Counted from the first letter of the stretch, positions 1-12,662 are shown. The stretch: 64,000 bases of DNA from Anaeromyxobacteraceae bacterium (GCA_047602405.1 JASGHJ010000001.1:576001-640000), one strand, 5' to 3'. The notes: generated by a model not told the origin, from the sequence alone. Translations and numbers: made by a program.

Positions 1-2655
<2,655 letters not shown>

Positions 2656-2659
<4 letters not shown>

Positions 2660-3129
2660 CCGCTCCCGTGCCGATCCGCCCGCTCCAGGCCGGCGACGTC
2701 GCGCCGCTCGCCCGCGCGCTCGCGCCGCTCCCGCTCATGCAGCGCTACGGGCGCGCCGAGGCCGCGCTCGCCCGCGACCTCGAGGCGGCGCTCGCCCGCG
2801 GCGACGGGCTCGTGACGGCGCTCGGTCCGGGTGGCGTCCCCGCCGGCCTCGCCTGGTTCCTGCCCACCGGCACGCTCGGGATGGGCGCGTACCTGCGCCT
2901 CATCGCGGTCGCGCCGGGCCACGAGGGCCGCGGCGTCGGCGCGGCGCTCCTCGAGGCCTACGAGCGCGCCGCCGCGGTCGCAGGGAAGCACGCGTTCCTG
3001 CTCGTCTCGGACTTCAACGAGGGCGCGCAGCGCTTCTACGAGCGCCACGGCTGGACGCGGAGCGGGCAGCTCCCGGGCCTGGTGCTGCCGGACGTGACCG
3101 AGCTGCTGTACTGGAAGCGGCTGCGCTGA
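2656..3129 (+). CDS. GNAT family N-acetyltransferase
   Basis: ATG at 2656; YLRLIAVAPGHEGRGVGAALL (motif A) and NEGAQRFYERHGW (motif B). Confidence 0.88.
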
Positions 3130-3133
3130 CTCG

Positions 3134-3847
3134 TCAGCCCAGCAACCTCGCCGCCACCGCCGCGAGCACCTTCCCGCCCCGATCCTCGACCACTGGCCCG
3201 TGGCTCGGCACGAGCCGCGCGAGCTCCGGCAGCGCCGAGAGGCGCGCGAGGTGCGCCGCGAGCGCGCGCCGGTCGTCGATGAGGAAGAGCTTCGCGATCG
3301 CGGTGACCTTGGGCCCCTCCCCCGAGGTCCCGAGCAAGCGGAGCATGAGCCCGGCCGGCCCCGGCGCAGGCGGCACGTTCATGACCGCGTCGCCGAACAC
3401 GAGCGACGCGCCGCGCGGGCCGCGCGCGATCAGCACCGCCTCGCGCCCGCGGGTGCCGTCGAGCACCTGCACCTCGAGCGCCGGGTCCGGCGGGAGCGCG
3501 TCGGCGGTGAGGTCGACCGGCACCTTCTTCGCGACGCCGGCGGCGGAGCCCGCGGGCGCGACGACCTTGCAGGACGGAAAGCGCGCCTTCCAGGCGTGGA
3601 CGTCGAGGCGGTGGAAGCCGTTCGGCACGAAGAGCCAGGCCGGCGCGCCGTGCGCGAGCACGGCCTTCATGGCTGGCTCGTCGAGCGGCACCGCGTTGTG
3701 GAAGAGGAGGCCGTCCGCGCGGCGGACGATGGTCATCCGGCGGTCGATCGGGCCGCGCGGCAGCACGGAGGTGACGTGCCACTGGCCTTCGTCGAGCGGC
3801 TCGAGGGGCCCGTGCGGGAGGACGGTCCAGGGACGCGGGGTCGACAT
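3134..3847 (-). CDS. Metallo-beta-lactamase-fold protein (DUF4336-like)
   Basis: ATG at 3847; RRMTIVRR, VPNGFHRLD, FGDAVMN and VPSHG motifs. Confidence 0.7.
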   Translation of the reverse strand: MSTPRPWTVLPHGPLEPLDEGQWHVTSVLPRGPIDRRMTIVRRADGLLFHNAVPLDEPAMKAVLAHGAPAWLFVPNGFHRLDVHAWKARFPSCKVVAPAGSAAGVAKKVPVDLTADALPPDPALEVQVLDGTRGREAVLIARGPRGASLVFGDAVMNVPPAPGPAGLMLRLLGTSGEGPKVTAIAKLFLIDDRRALAAHLARLSALPELARLVPSHGPVVEDRGGKVLAAVAARLLG

Positions 3848-3920
3848 GGTCCTGAGGGTAGATCGGCGGAGGGCCCCCGGCGTTGACCCGCTGGGGCGTG
3901 CGTGGTTCCATCCCGCGCCC

Positions 3921-4526
3921 GTGAAGCACGCGACCCGCCACACCTTCTTCGAGGACGCGCAGGCCATCCTGACCGCCGCCGCGTTCGTCTCGCTCGGCCT
4001 CGCGTTCCTGAGGAGCCACCACCTCCTCACCGGCGGGACGGCCGGGCTCGCGCTCCTCCTCGCGCGCCTCGTGCCGCTCTCCTTCGGGCAGCTCTTCGCG
4101 CTCCTCAACCTGCCGTTCTTCTGGCTGGGCGTGAAGCAGCTCGGGTGGCGGTTCACGCTCAAGACCTTCTCGGCGATCTTCCTCGTCTCGCTCGCCTCCG
4201 ACCACATGGGCGAGGTGCTGCACTTCGAGCACGTGTCGCCGGTCTACGCCGCCGCGATGGGCGGCTTCTTGAACGGCGCCGGGCTCCTCATGCTGTTCCG
4301 CCACCGCGCCTCGCTCGGCGGCGTGAACATCCTGTCGATCTGGCTGCAGGAGAAGCACGGCCTGCGCGCCGGCCTCGTGCAGCTCGCGGTCGACGCGTGC
4401 GTGGTCGTCGGCGGGCTCCTCGTGACGTCGCCGGGCGTGGTCGCGCTGTCCGTGCTGGGCGCGCTCGCGCTCAACATGGTGCTCGCCGTGAACCACCGGC
4501 CGGGCCGGTACGTCGCGACGGGGTAG
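3921..4526 (+). CDS. YitT family membrane protein
   Basis: LLTGGTAGLALL, LNLPFF, ASLGGVNIL and NHRPGRY motifs; several TM segments. Confidence 0.88.
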   Translation: MKHATRHTFFEDAQAILTAAAFVSLGLAFLRSHHLLTGGTAGLALLLARLVPLSFGQLFALLNLPFFWLGVKQLGWRFTLKTFSAIFLVSLASDHMGEVLHFEHVSPVYAAAMGGFLNGAGLLMLFRHRASLGGVNILSIWLQEKHGLRAGLVQLAVDACVVVGGLLVTSPGVVALSVLGALALNMVLAVNHRPGRYVATG

Positions 4527-4531
4527 CCCGC

Positions 4532-4786
4532 CTACCGCTCGAGCACCTCGGCCGCCGTCCGGTGCGCCGCGCGCAGCTCCCGCGCGAGCGCGCGGACGCC
4601 GTCGCGGTCCTCGCTCCAGAGGAGGCCGAGTTGGATCGGCGCGGCGTCGTCACCGCCCGCGGGCGTGTAGACGACCTTGAGCCGCCAGCGCTCCTGCTCG
4701 CAGGCCTTCCGGACCTCGAAGCGCAGGATGCGGCCGGTCCGCCTCACGGCGGCGAGGGCCTCCTGGGCCTCGGGCGGCAGGGTCAC
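4532..4786 (-). CDS. Small hypothetical protein
   Basis: Coding-like codon usage from GTG at about 4786 (TLPPEAQEALAAV...); start uncertain. Confidence 0.5.
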   Translation of the reverse strand: MTLPPEAQEALAAVRRTGRILRFEVRKACEQERWRLKVVYTPAGGDDAAPIQLGLLWSEDRDGVRALARELRAAHRTAAEVLER

Positions 4787-4853
4787 GGCCACGGCGCCCA
4801 GATCACCACGTCGAGGCCCGGCATTCCAGGGGTTTACCCGCCACCGGCGCCCC

Positions 4854-4939
4854 GAGGTGCGCCCGCACCGAAGCCGGGGGCCCGTGTCCGGCACCGGCTC
4901 GCCCGCGGCGTCCCGCGCCGGCAGCACCGAGGCCGGGGG
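4854..4939. repeat. Dispersed, degenerate copies of the 44-bp double-hairpin repeat
   Basis: GAGGTGCGCCCGCACCGAAGCCGGGGGCCCG (4854-4884) matches the unit at 12491-12650 with one mismatch; a partial copy CAGCACCGAGGCCGGGGG lies at 4922-4939. Confidence 0.8.
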
Positions 4940-5043
4940 ACAGCCCGCCCGCGCGACACCGGGGCGCGGGGCGTGCGGTCACGCTGCGCACGACGGGGCC
5001 GGGTGCTAGGTTTCCAGGGTCGACTTCACGGTCAGGAGCGTTC

Positions 5044-5784
5044 GTGACGTCTCCGCTGCTCACCATCCTGCTCCCCGGACTCGACGGCACCGGCCGCCTC
5101 TTCGGCCCGTTCCTGCAGCGGGCCAGCGGCGCGCTCGACTTCCACGTCCTCTCCTACCCGCCCGACCGTTTCCTCGGGTACGAGGCGCTCGCCGAGCGCG
5201 TGCTCGCGGCGCTCCCCCGGGATCGCCCCTTCGCCCTCCTCGGCGAGAGCTTCGGTGGCCCGCTCGCGCTGCGCGTCGCCGCCGCGGCGCCCGAGGGGCT
5301 CGTGGGCCTCGTGCTCGCGTCGAGCTTCCACCGCCGCCCGGCCGCGACCGCCATCTCGACGCTGCGCTTCCTCTCGCCCGCCTACTTCCACCTGCCGCTG
5401 CCGGCGCACGGCGTGCGGCTGCTCCTCGCCGGGCGCGACGGCGAGGACGCGCTCGTGCGCGAGGTGCAGGAGGCGGTCGCGGCGGTGAAGGGCGCCGTCA
5501 TGGCCGCGCGCGCGAAGGAGGCCATCCGCGTCGACGCGACCGAGCACCTCCGGCGCGCGCCGGTGCCGGTGCTGTTCCTCGGCGGCAAGCGGGACCGGCT
5601 GCTCCGCACCGCGCTGCCGATCGAGGTGCGCGCGGTCCGGAGCGACGCGGAGATCCGCATGCTCGACGCCCCGCACCTCACGCTCCAGACCCAGCCCGAA
5701 CAGAGCATGCGGATCATCGAGGAGTTCCTGGGACGTTGCATCTCGCGGGGTGGCGCGGAAGGGCGGGCCCGGCGGGCGGGCTAG
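5044..5784 (+). CDS. Alpha/beta fold hydrolase
   Basis: LLPGLDGTG, nucleophile elbow GESFGG, D in GKRDRL and H in DAPHL. Confidence 0.88.
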   Translation: MTSPLLTILLPGLDGTGRLFGPFLQRASGALDFHVLSYPPDRFLGYEALAERVLAALPRDRPFALLGESFGGPLALRVAAAAPEGLVGLVLASSFHRRPAATAISTLRFLSPAYFHLPLPAHGVRLLLAGRDGEDALVREVQEAVAAVKGAVMAARAKEAIRVDATEHLRRAPVPVLFLGGKRDRLLRTALPIEVRAVRSDAEIRMLDAPHLTLQTQPEQSMRIIEEFLGRCISRGGAEGRARRAG

Positions 5785-5860
5785 ATGGACGTCGGACCTT
5801 TCAGGTAAGAAACAGGCAGTGACGTGGTCGGGTGTCGTGCAGGTCCGCGGGGGGCTCAGG

Positions 5861-6067
5861 ATGGTGTGGACGAAGCGAGGCGCGAGGAAGGAACAGCCGT
5901 CGGGGCGGAAGGTCGCCCTGGTGGAGTCACCCGCGCTCGTGACGTCCGAGGAGCTCCCGGTTCCCGAGGCCACGCGGGAGCAGGAGGACGTGCGCCGCCG
6001 CGCCAGCCGCCGGCTGAAGCTGCTGTCCGGGCTCCTCAGCCGCGGCAAGGGCGAGGCGATCGACTGA
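5861..6067 (+). CDS. Small hypothetical protein
   Basis: ATG at 5861, 68 aa, no recognisable motif. Confidence 0.35.
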   Translation: MVWTKRGARKEQPSGRKVALVESPALVTSEELPVPEATREQEDVRRRASRRLKLLSGLLSRGKGEAID

Positions 6068-6221
6068 CTTCGTAGGGCGTCGCTTCCGCCGGCTCCAGGG
6101 ATCGGCGGGAGCAACGGGTGCCCCGGATCCCTCCGGGGAACGGGGCACCACTGTCCTCGGGCCGAGGCCCGGAGCGCCGGAGCGCCCCGGGCCCTGCTTC
6201 CGCGGGCCGCCGCGCCCGCGA

Positions 6222-8291
6222 CTAAGCCGCGTCGCGGCCCTTCGCGGTCAGGTCCGAGCGCAGCCGCTCACGCCACGCGTCCGCCTCCGGGCTCGAGGCC
6301 GCCGGCGCGCCCTGGGTGAGCGCCCCGGTGCGCTCGGAGAGCAGCACCGCGAGCAGCGCCTCGAACACCGAGCCGTTGCCCCCGCCGGTGCCGCCGGCCT
6401 GGCCGTTGCCCGCGCCGCCGCCGATGAGCACGCGCGGCACGACGTCGACCCCCGCGACCTGGATGGCCTCGGCGAAGCGGTTCATCACCTGCTGGGTGAG
6501 CTGCAGCTGCGGGCCGCCGTAGGCGCGGACCTGCTCCTCGATCGCGAGCGCCTGGGCGACGCCGACGCGGGCGGCCTTCTCGGCCTCCGCCTCCGCCATC
6601 GCCTTCACCCGCTGCGCCTCACCCTGGCCCATGGCGCGGACCTTGTCGGCCTCCGCCTCGGCGAGCGCGCGGATCTGGGCGGCCTGCTGGACCGAGCGCT
6701 GGTACTCGGCCTTGCCCTGGTTGGCCTGGATCTGGATCGAGAGCTCCGACTCGGTGAGCGCGGTCTGCTGCTTCGCGCGCGCCTCGGCCTCGCGCAGCTC
6801 GCGCTCCTTCACCGCCGCGCCCTGCTGGCGGTTGTAGGTGTCCACCTGCTCGACGGCGATCTGCCGGGAGCGCAGCTGCATCAGGATCTGCTCGATGGCG
6901 TGGTCGTTCGGCTGCGACGACGGCGTGCCGATGAGCACCTCCTTCAGCTCGAGGTTGTACTGGGCGAACTTGCCCTTCATCTCCTCGGACGAGTGGCGCT
7001 GGATCTCGCTGCGGTCCTGGATGAGCTCGATGAGCGTGCGGGTCTGGCCGACGTTCTTGAAGTAGGCCGAGACCATCGGGTCGAGCGTCTGCTCGACGAG
7101 GCGCTTCACGTCGCCGAACTGCTGGATGACGAGCGGGGCCTTCCGGTAGTCGATGTGGACGACCACCGAGAGCGGCAGCGTCGGCTCGAAGGCGTCCTTC
7201 GTGATGAGGAGCACCTCGGAGAGGTTCTCGTCGTAGCGGTGCGCGCCGACCTGGCCCTTCACCCACTTCAGGATGAAGTTCGTGGTGGGGACCATGAGGA
7301 TCTTGCCGGCGTAGGTGTTGAACGGGTACTTGCCCGGCAGGAGCGGCTCGCTCCAGACGCCGCGCTCGCCCGCGTGCACCATCTCGCCGTGGCGGTAACC
7401 CTCGCCCGAGAGGTCGCGGCCGATCGCGCCGGTGTACGAGACGACCACGCCGACGTGCCCCACCTCGACCACGGTCTTCGCGATGGTCTCCACCGTCGCG
7501 AAGAGCCGGTTCAGGTAGTACGTGCCCTCGACCAGCACCTGGAGCTGGCGGCCGCGCTGGCCGCCGGCGGCGAGGAAGTGCTCGGGGTCCTGGAAGTTGT
7601 TGTGGTACGCGGCCGCGGCCTTCGGGTCGGCGCCGACGGTGGGCGCGATGACCTCGCCCTGCGCGAGCGACGGGCCGTCGTGCACGGTGACGATGCCGAC
7701 CGCGTCCTCGGTGATGACGACCGGGGCGAAGCCCTGGCGCTCGCCGAGCACCTTCGCCATGCCGCGGATGAGCGCCTCCTCGTCCGGGTTGAGGGGCAGG
7801 AAGTAGAGGCCGTCCGCCGCGATGACGACGAACTGGGCGAGGTTCACGGCGTACGTGCCCTCGCGCAGGATGCGGCGCTGGGGGCCGCGCTGGCCGCCGC
7901 CGTGCAGGAAGGCCGCGGCGTCGGTGAAGTCGGTGACCTTCGCGTTCGAGGCGAGCGTCTGCGTGGGCGGGAGCGCCTCGCCGTCGCGCGCGAACACGTA
8001 GCCGATGCGGCCCTGCGGGATCGTGACGAGCGGGACCACGTGGACCCGGTACATGAGCGGGAAGAACACGTGCCAGCCGCCGCGGAGGACGTCGGGCTGG
8101 TAGCCCGCCTCGCCGGCGAGGGCGATGAAGCCCTTCTTCACGGAGCCCCGGGGGCTCCAGAGCTTCTCGACGATGCCGACCCGGCTGTTCGGGATGTACC
8201 GGACCACCCCGGTGAGCCAGGTCAGGGCGGCGGCGGCGAGCACCCCGGCGACGATCCAGAGCCAGGTGGGAAGCTGAGCGGCGGCGAACAC
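6222..8291 (-). CDS. SPFH/flotillin (band 7) domain protein
   Basis: N-terminal TM helix, repeated LxxGxY beta motifs, SPFH core (LITKDAFEPTLPLSVVVHID) and an Ala/Glu-rich coiled coil (AEAEA). Confidence 0.85.
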   Translation of the reverse strand: MFAAAQLPTWLWIVAGVLAAAALTWLTGVVRYIPNSRVGIVEKLWSPRGSVKKGFIALAGEAGYQPDVLRGGWHVFFPLMYRVHVVPLVTIPQGRIGYVFARDGEALPPTQTLASNAKVTDFTDAAAFLHGGGQRGPQRRILREGTYAVNLAQFVVIAADGLYFLPLNPDEEALIRGMAKVLGERQGFAPVVITEDAVGIVTVHDGPSLAQGEVIAPTVGADPKAAAAYHNNFQDPEHFLAAGGQRGRQLQVLVEGTYYLNRLFATVETIAKTVVEVGHVGVVVSYTGAIGRDLSGEGYRHGEMVHAGERGVWSEPLLPGKYPFNTYAGKILMVPTTNFILKWVKGQVGAHRYDENLSEVLLITKDAFEPTLPLSVVVHIDYRKAPLVIQQFGDVKRLVEQTLDPMVSAYFKNVGQTRTLIELIQDRSEIQRHSSEEMKGKFAQYNLELKEVLIGTPSSQPNDHAIEQILMQLRSRQIAVEQVDTYNRQQGAAVKERELREAEARAKQQTALTESELSIQIQANQGKAEYQRSVQQAAQIRALAEAEADKVRAMGQGEAQRVKAMAEAEAEKAARVGVAQALAIEEQVRAYGGPQLQLTQQVMNRFAEAIQVAGVDVVPRVLIGGGAGNGQAGGTGGGNGSVFEALLAVLLSERTGALTQGAPAASSPEADAWRERLRSDLTAKGRDAA

Positions 8292-8671
8292 GGTCGTACC
8301 CCTTTCGTGGGATGAGCTGCTCAGGTCAGCCTAGAGACTTCCCGGGCGCCGTACACGAGAATCGGAAAACCCGAGGCGGCGCGGGCGTTCACGATATGTG
8401 GAGGCCGAAAACGGGCCCGGAACGATCTATCCTGGCCTGGTACTTGAACTTTTTGCGTCCGGCACCCGAGGTTTCGACCGGGAAGGGCGCGCGCGGAGGT
8501 GCGGGGCGGCGTTCACCATCAGTGACTTCCGCGGGAGCGGACGGCTTGATGTGGAAGTGCGGCGGAATGTCGCGCGGCGGCCGCGGCCCTCCTCGGGTTC
8601 GCCCCGAAGGTTGTAGCCTCCGCCCACACTCGAACCCCGAGCCGCACACCTCTCCGGGAGGAAGCAGTCCC

Positions 8672-10108
8672 GTGGTCCGCCGCATCGCGATCGTCGCCCT
8701 CGTCGTCGCCGTCCTCGCCATCGTCGCGATCCGCGTCCTGCACCTGGACGAGCGGCCGCCGTTCGCCTCGGCCCCGGCTCCGGCGCCGGTGGCCACCGCG
8801 GCAGCGCCGGCCCCGCCGCCCACCGCCCCCGTGCCCGCTCCGCCGCAGGCCACGACGGCGCCGCCCGAGGCTCCGGCGGCGCCCGCGACGGTCGCCGCGC
8901 CCGTGCCCGTGCCCGCCCGCCGCCCCACGAACGGCGCCGGCGTCTCCTTCGAGTCCGCCGACGCCGCCGACCGGCGCTCGCGCGAGCCGGTGGCCCGCCC
9001 CCCCGAGCTCCGCGACGTGACCCCGCCCGAGGCGCCGGCCGATCTCCTCGCGGAGCCGGACGGCCCGAACGTGCGGCTCTCGTGGCCGGCCTCGACCGAC
9101 GACGTCGGCGTCGAGCGCTACGAGGTCCTGCGCGACGGCCAGGTGTTCGTCTCGACCTCCGGCCCCTCGGCGACGGACGAGGCGGCGCCCCCGCTGCGGA
9201 AGCTCTGCTACTCCGTCGTGGCCCGCGACGAGGCCGGCAACCGCTCGCGGCCGAGCCGGACCGCCTGCCTGAAGCTCGCCGACCTCGTGCCGCCGACGCC
9301 CCCGACGGTGGTCCAGGCCCGCAGCACCTCCGAGACCTCGGTCGCGCTCAGCTGGTCCGGCGCCGCCGACGCGGGCGGCGTGGTGGGCTACGACGTCGTC
9401 CGCGGCGGGCTCGTCGTCGCCACGCCGGACTCGCCGCGCACCGCGGACTCCGGCCTCCTCGCCGGGCGCACCTACTGCTGGACCATCCGCGCCCGCGACG
9501 CCGCGGGCAACGTCTCGAAGGACTCCGCCGAGGCGTGCGCGACGGTGCGCGACCAGACCCCGCCCGCGCCGCCGCCCGGCCTCGTCGCCGCGCCCGCGGC
9601 GCCGGACCGGCTCGCGGTGGGCTGGCAGGCGGCGGTCGACAACGTCGGCGTGGACCACTACGAGGTGCTCCGGGACGGGAAGCTGATCCTCCGCACCGCC
9701 GCGACCAAGCTCACCGGCACCGAGGCGGGCCTCGTCCCCTCGACCTCGTACTGCTACACGGTCGTCGCGGTCGACGCGGCGGGGAACCGCTCGCGCCAGG
9801 CCGGCCCCGCCTGCGCCCGCACCGCCGACCCGGGCACGCCCGCCGGGCCCACCGACCTCGCGCTCGCCGCGAGCGCGCGCTCGGCGAGCGCGGTCGTGCT
9901 GCGCTGGGACGGCTCGCCCGAGCCGGGCGTCGTCTACACGGTCTACTGGGACGGCCACAAGCGCATCGGCGCCACGCCGCGCAACGAGTACACGGTCGTC
10001 GGCCTCAAGTCCGGCGAGCACCGGTGCTTCCGCGTGTCGGCCGTCGACCCGGCTGGCCGCGAGTCGCCCTCCAGCCTCGAGGCGTGCACCGGCGCGCCGA
10101 AGTTGTAG
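8672..10108 (+). CDS. Membrane-anchored fibronectin type III repeat protein
   Basis: GTG at 8672 after GGGAGG; TM anchor, Pro/Ala linker and four Fn3 repeats (LSW..STDDVGV..YEV.RDG...Y.V.A.D.AGN.S). Confidence 0.85.
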   Translation: MVRRIAIVALVVAVLAIVAIRVLHLDERPPFASAPAPAPVATAAAPAPPPTAPVPAPPQATTAPPEAPAAPATVAAPVPVPARRPTNGAGVSFESADAADRRSREPVARPPELRDVTPPEAPADLLAEPDGPNVRLSWPASTDDVGVERYEVLRDGQVFVSTSGPSATDEAAPPLRKLCYSVVARDEAGNRSRPSRTACLKLADLVPPTPPTVVQARSTSETSVALSWSGAADAGGVVGYDVVRGGLVVATPDSPRTADSGLLAGRTYCWTIRARDAAGNVSKDSAEACATVRDQTPPAPPPGLVAAPAAPDRLAVGWQAAVDNVGVDHYEVLRDGKLILRTAATKLTGTEAGLVPSTSYCYTVVAVDAAGNRSRQAGPACARTADPGTPAGPTDLALAASARSASAVVLRWDGSPEPGVVYTVYWDGHKRIGATPRNEYTVVGLKSGEHRCFRVSAVDPAGRESPSSLEACTGAPKL

Positions 10109-10160
10109 CCTCCCCACCACTCGCCTTGCCCGCACGGCCGCCCCGGCCTACACGAGGGGC

Positions 10161-10565
10161 ATGGCCGCCCACGAGCTCGAGGTGCTGGAGGCGAACCAGG
10201 CGTTCTACCGCGCGTTCTCGCGGAAGGACGCCGCCGCGATGGACCTCCTCTGGGCGGAGGCCCACCCGGTCGCGTGCGTCCACCCGGGCTGGGACGTGCT
10301 CGACGGCCGCGAGGACGTGATGGGCAGCTGGGAGGCGATCCTCGACGGCGACGGCGCGCCCCAGGTCGCGGTCTCGCTGGCGCAGGCGCACGTGCTCGGC
10401 GAGGTCGCCTTCGTCACGTGCCACGAGGTCGTCGACGGCGGGCGCCTCGCGGCGACGAACGTCTTCGTCCGCGAGGCCGGCCGCTGGCGCCTCGTGCACC
10501 ACCAGGCGAGCCCGATCGCCCCCGGCCAGGAGCGCGACCTGCCGCCGCCCGGCCCCGCGAATTAG
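10161..10565 (+). CDS. SnoaL-like / NTF2 family protein
   Basis: ANQAFYRAF, CVHPGW, ATNVF and WRLVHHQAS motifs. Confidence 0.88.
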   Translation: MAAHELEVLEANQAFYRAFSRKDAAAMDLLWAEAHPVACVHPGWDVLDGREDVMGSWEAILDGDGAPQVAVSLAQAHVLGEVAFVTCHEVVDGGRLAATNVFVREAGRWRLVHHQASPIAPGQERDLPPPGPAN

Positions 10566-11029
10566 GCGCTCTTCGTCTCGGCGCGCGGCGAGTTCGCCGG
10601 CTCCTTCGGCTTCTTGTCGCCGCCGCCGGACGCCTTCTCGCCACCGACCTTCATCGAGACCGTGCCGTCGAGGCGCGCGCCGCGGTCGACGCGGAGGCTC
10701 GCGGTCTCGACGTCGCCGACGAGGCGCGCCGTGCCGATGAGCTCCACGGCGCTCTTCGCGCGCACGTTCCCGTGGACCTCGCCGTGGATCACCACGGTGC
10801 CGCAGTCGATCTCGGCGTCGATGCGGGCGTGCTCGCCCACGACGAGCACGTCGTTCGTGACGATCTGGCCCTTGAAGCGGGCGTCGATGCGGACGGTGCC
10901 GCGGAAGGTCAGCTTGCCCTCGAACTCGGCGCCGGCGCCGAGCAGGAGGTCGGCCGCGGCGGGCGGCGGGCTGGGGGGCGGGGTGGGGTTGACGGGACCG
11001 GTGGGCTCGTCGCGGGGGATCATCGGCAT
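10562..11029 (-). CDS. Bactofilin (polymer-forming cytoskeletal protein)
   Basis: LLGAGAEFEGKLTFRGTVRIDARFKGQI...VVIHGEVHGNV...LVGDVET...VDRGARLDG beta-helix pattern. Confidence 0.9.
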   Translation of the reverse strand: MPMIPRDEPTGPVNPTPPPSPPPAAADLLLGAGAEFEGKLTFRGTVRIDARFKGQIVTNDVLVVGEHARIDAEIDCGTVVIHGEVHGNVRAKSAVELIGTARLVGDVETASLRVDRGARLDGTVSMKVGGEKASGGGDKKPKEPANSPRAETKSA

Positions 11030-11085
11030 GCGGAGGGAACCGCCGCCGGGGGTCCCGATCTTCCCGGGCATGCGGGGGGAGCGAC

Positions 11086-11565
11086 CTAGAAGACGAGCGC
11101 CAGGACGAGGACCCCGATCGCCACGAACGCGATCGCCACCTTGGCCGCGCTCCCGAGGACGAAGCCGAGGAACGCCCCGGCGCCCGCCTTCGCGGCCCGC
11201 TTCATGTCCGGGTTGCGCGCGTACTCGAACGCGATCGCGCCGATCGCCGGCCCGAGCAGGATGCCCGGCAGGCCGAAGAAGAGCCCGACGATCGTCCCGA
11301 CGCCCGCCCCCAGGATGGACCAGCCCGACGCGCCGAACACCTTCGCTCCCAGCGCGCCCGCCGCGAAGTCGACCGCCCAGACCGCGGCGCAGAGGAGCCC
11401 GATGACCGTCAACGGCAGCCAGCCGACGCGCGTGAAGTGCTCCGCCCACGCGACCACCACCGCGCCGGCGAAGACGAGCACGGCGCCGGGGATGGCGGGC
11501 AGGACGAGGCCGGCGACGCCGACCGCCACGAGCGCGAAGCCGAGGACGTAGAGCGCGATCTCCAC
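11086..11565 (-). CDS. DUF456 family membrane protein
   Basis: GLVLPAIPG, GAKVFGAS and GILLGPAIGA motifs; AAGGAGG RBS before GTG at 11565. Confidence 0.85.
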   Translation of the reverse strand: MEIALYVLGFALVAVGVAGLVLPAIPGAVLVFAGAVVVAWAEHFTRVGWLPLTVIGLLCAAVWAVDFAAGALGAKVFGASGWSILGAGVGTIVGLFFGLPGILLGPAIGAIAFEYARNPDMKRAAKAGAGAFLGFVLGSAAKVAIAFVAIGVLVLALVF

Positions 11566-11677
11566 GCCTCCTTTCATGCCGCGAAGCGGGCGGCCGGTCG
11601 AGCCCCCTTCGAGCCGCCCGGCGCCGGGCGCGCCACCCGCCGCGGCCGACGATCCGCTGCGGCCGGCGGCGGGCCGC

Positions 11678-12433
11678 TCAGCCGGCGACGCACTCCTCCG
11701 GCGGCAGCCGCAGCATCGCCTCGCGGAAGAGGTCGCCCTGCGCCAGGCTCACCCCGAGCGCGCGCGCCGCGCGGAGGTCGGTCGCGGTCTCGACCCCCTC
11801 GGCGACCACGAGCTTCCCGGTGCGCGCCGCGAACGCCACGAGCGCCTCGGCGAGGGCGCGGATCGCCGGCTCGGCGTACGCGCGCATCACCGACCGGTCG
11901 AGCTTCAGCACGCTCGCCGCCCGCAGATCCTCGGTCGAGACGAGCACGTCGCGGCCGCCGAGGTCGTCGAGCGCGGCGGGGATGCCGGCGGCGACGAGCG
12001 CCTTCACCATATCGCGCCCCTGCCGCACGCCCTGGGCGTGGACCGACTCCACCACCTCGACGGTGACCGGCACGCGCGAGGTCCTGAGCAGGGCGAGGAA
12101 CCGCTCGTGGCCCGCGCCGGCCCAGGCCTCGCCCGACAGGTTGAGGAACAGCCGGGGACCCGGCGCGTGCGCGATCTGCAGCCGCTTCAGCGCGAACTCG
12201 GTGCGCCACAGGAGCTCGGGGTCGCGCGCCAGCCGGCCGAAGACGACCGCGGGCGGCACGCCGACGCCGTCGGCCCGGTGGAAGCGGGCGAGCGCCTCGT
12301 GGCCGTGCAGCCGGCAGGTCCACACGTCGACGAGCGGCTCGTACTGCACGCCGAAGCGGCCGCCCCGCACGACCGCGAGCGGATCGTCCTCTGGAGGTGG
12401 GCGTACGCCGGCCGCGGTGCTCGTGAATCGCAC
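11678..12433 (-). CDS. Stand-alone EAL domain c-di-GMP phosphodiesterase
   Basis: YEPLVD, EALARF, LFLNLS, EVVE, ALDDLG, LKLDRS, VAEGVET and AQG motifs; start approximate. Confidence 0.85.
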   Translation of the reverse strand: MRFTSTAAGVRPPPEDDPLAVVRGGRFGVQYEPLVDVWTCRLHGHEALARFHRADGVGVPPAVVFGRLARDPELLWRTEFALKRLQIAHAPGPRLFLNLSGEAWAGAGHERFLALLRTSRVPVTVEVVESVHAQGVRQGRDMVKALVAAGIPAALDDLGGRDVLVSTEDLRAASVLKLDRSVMRAYAEPAIRALAEALVAFAARTGKLVVAEGVETATDLRAARALGVSLAQGDLFREAMLRLPPEECVAG

Positions 12434-12490
12434 TGCCGACCAGAACAGGCGAGGCCCCCCACCCCTATTCCCCTCCTCGTCCCGGCCCCC

Positions 12491-12650
12491 TGAGGTGCGC
12501 CAGCACCGAAGCCGGGGGCCCGCCCCCGGCGCCTTGAGGTGCGTCAGCACCGAAGCCGGGGGCCCGCCCCCGGCGCCTTGAGGTGCGCCAGCACCGAAGC
12601 CGGGGGCCCGCCCCCGGCGCCTTGAGGTGCGCCAGCACCGAAGCCGGGGG
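12491..12650. repeat. Tandem repeat, about 3.6 x 44 bp, each unit with two hairpins (REP/BIME-like)
   Basis: Unit TGAGGTGCGCCAGCACCGAAGCCGGGGGCCCGCCCCCGGCGCCT starts at 12491, 12535 (one C>T in a loop), 12579 and 12623 (partial). Confidence 0.95.
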
Positions 12651-12662
12651 TAGGATCGCCGC

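Noticed and set aside
12491..12650. 44-bp repeats as a CRISPR array
   Set aside because: The units are contiguous with no unique spacers, and no cas genes are adjacent.
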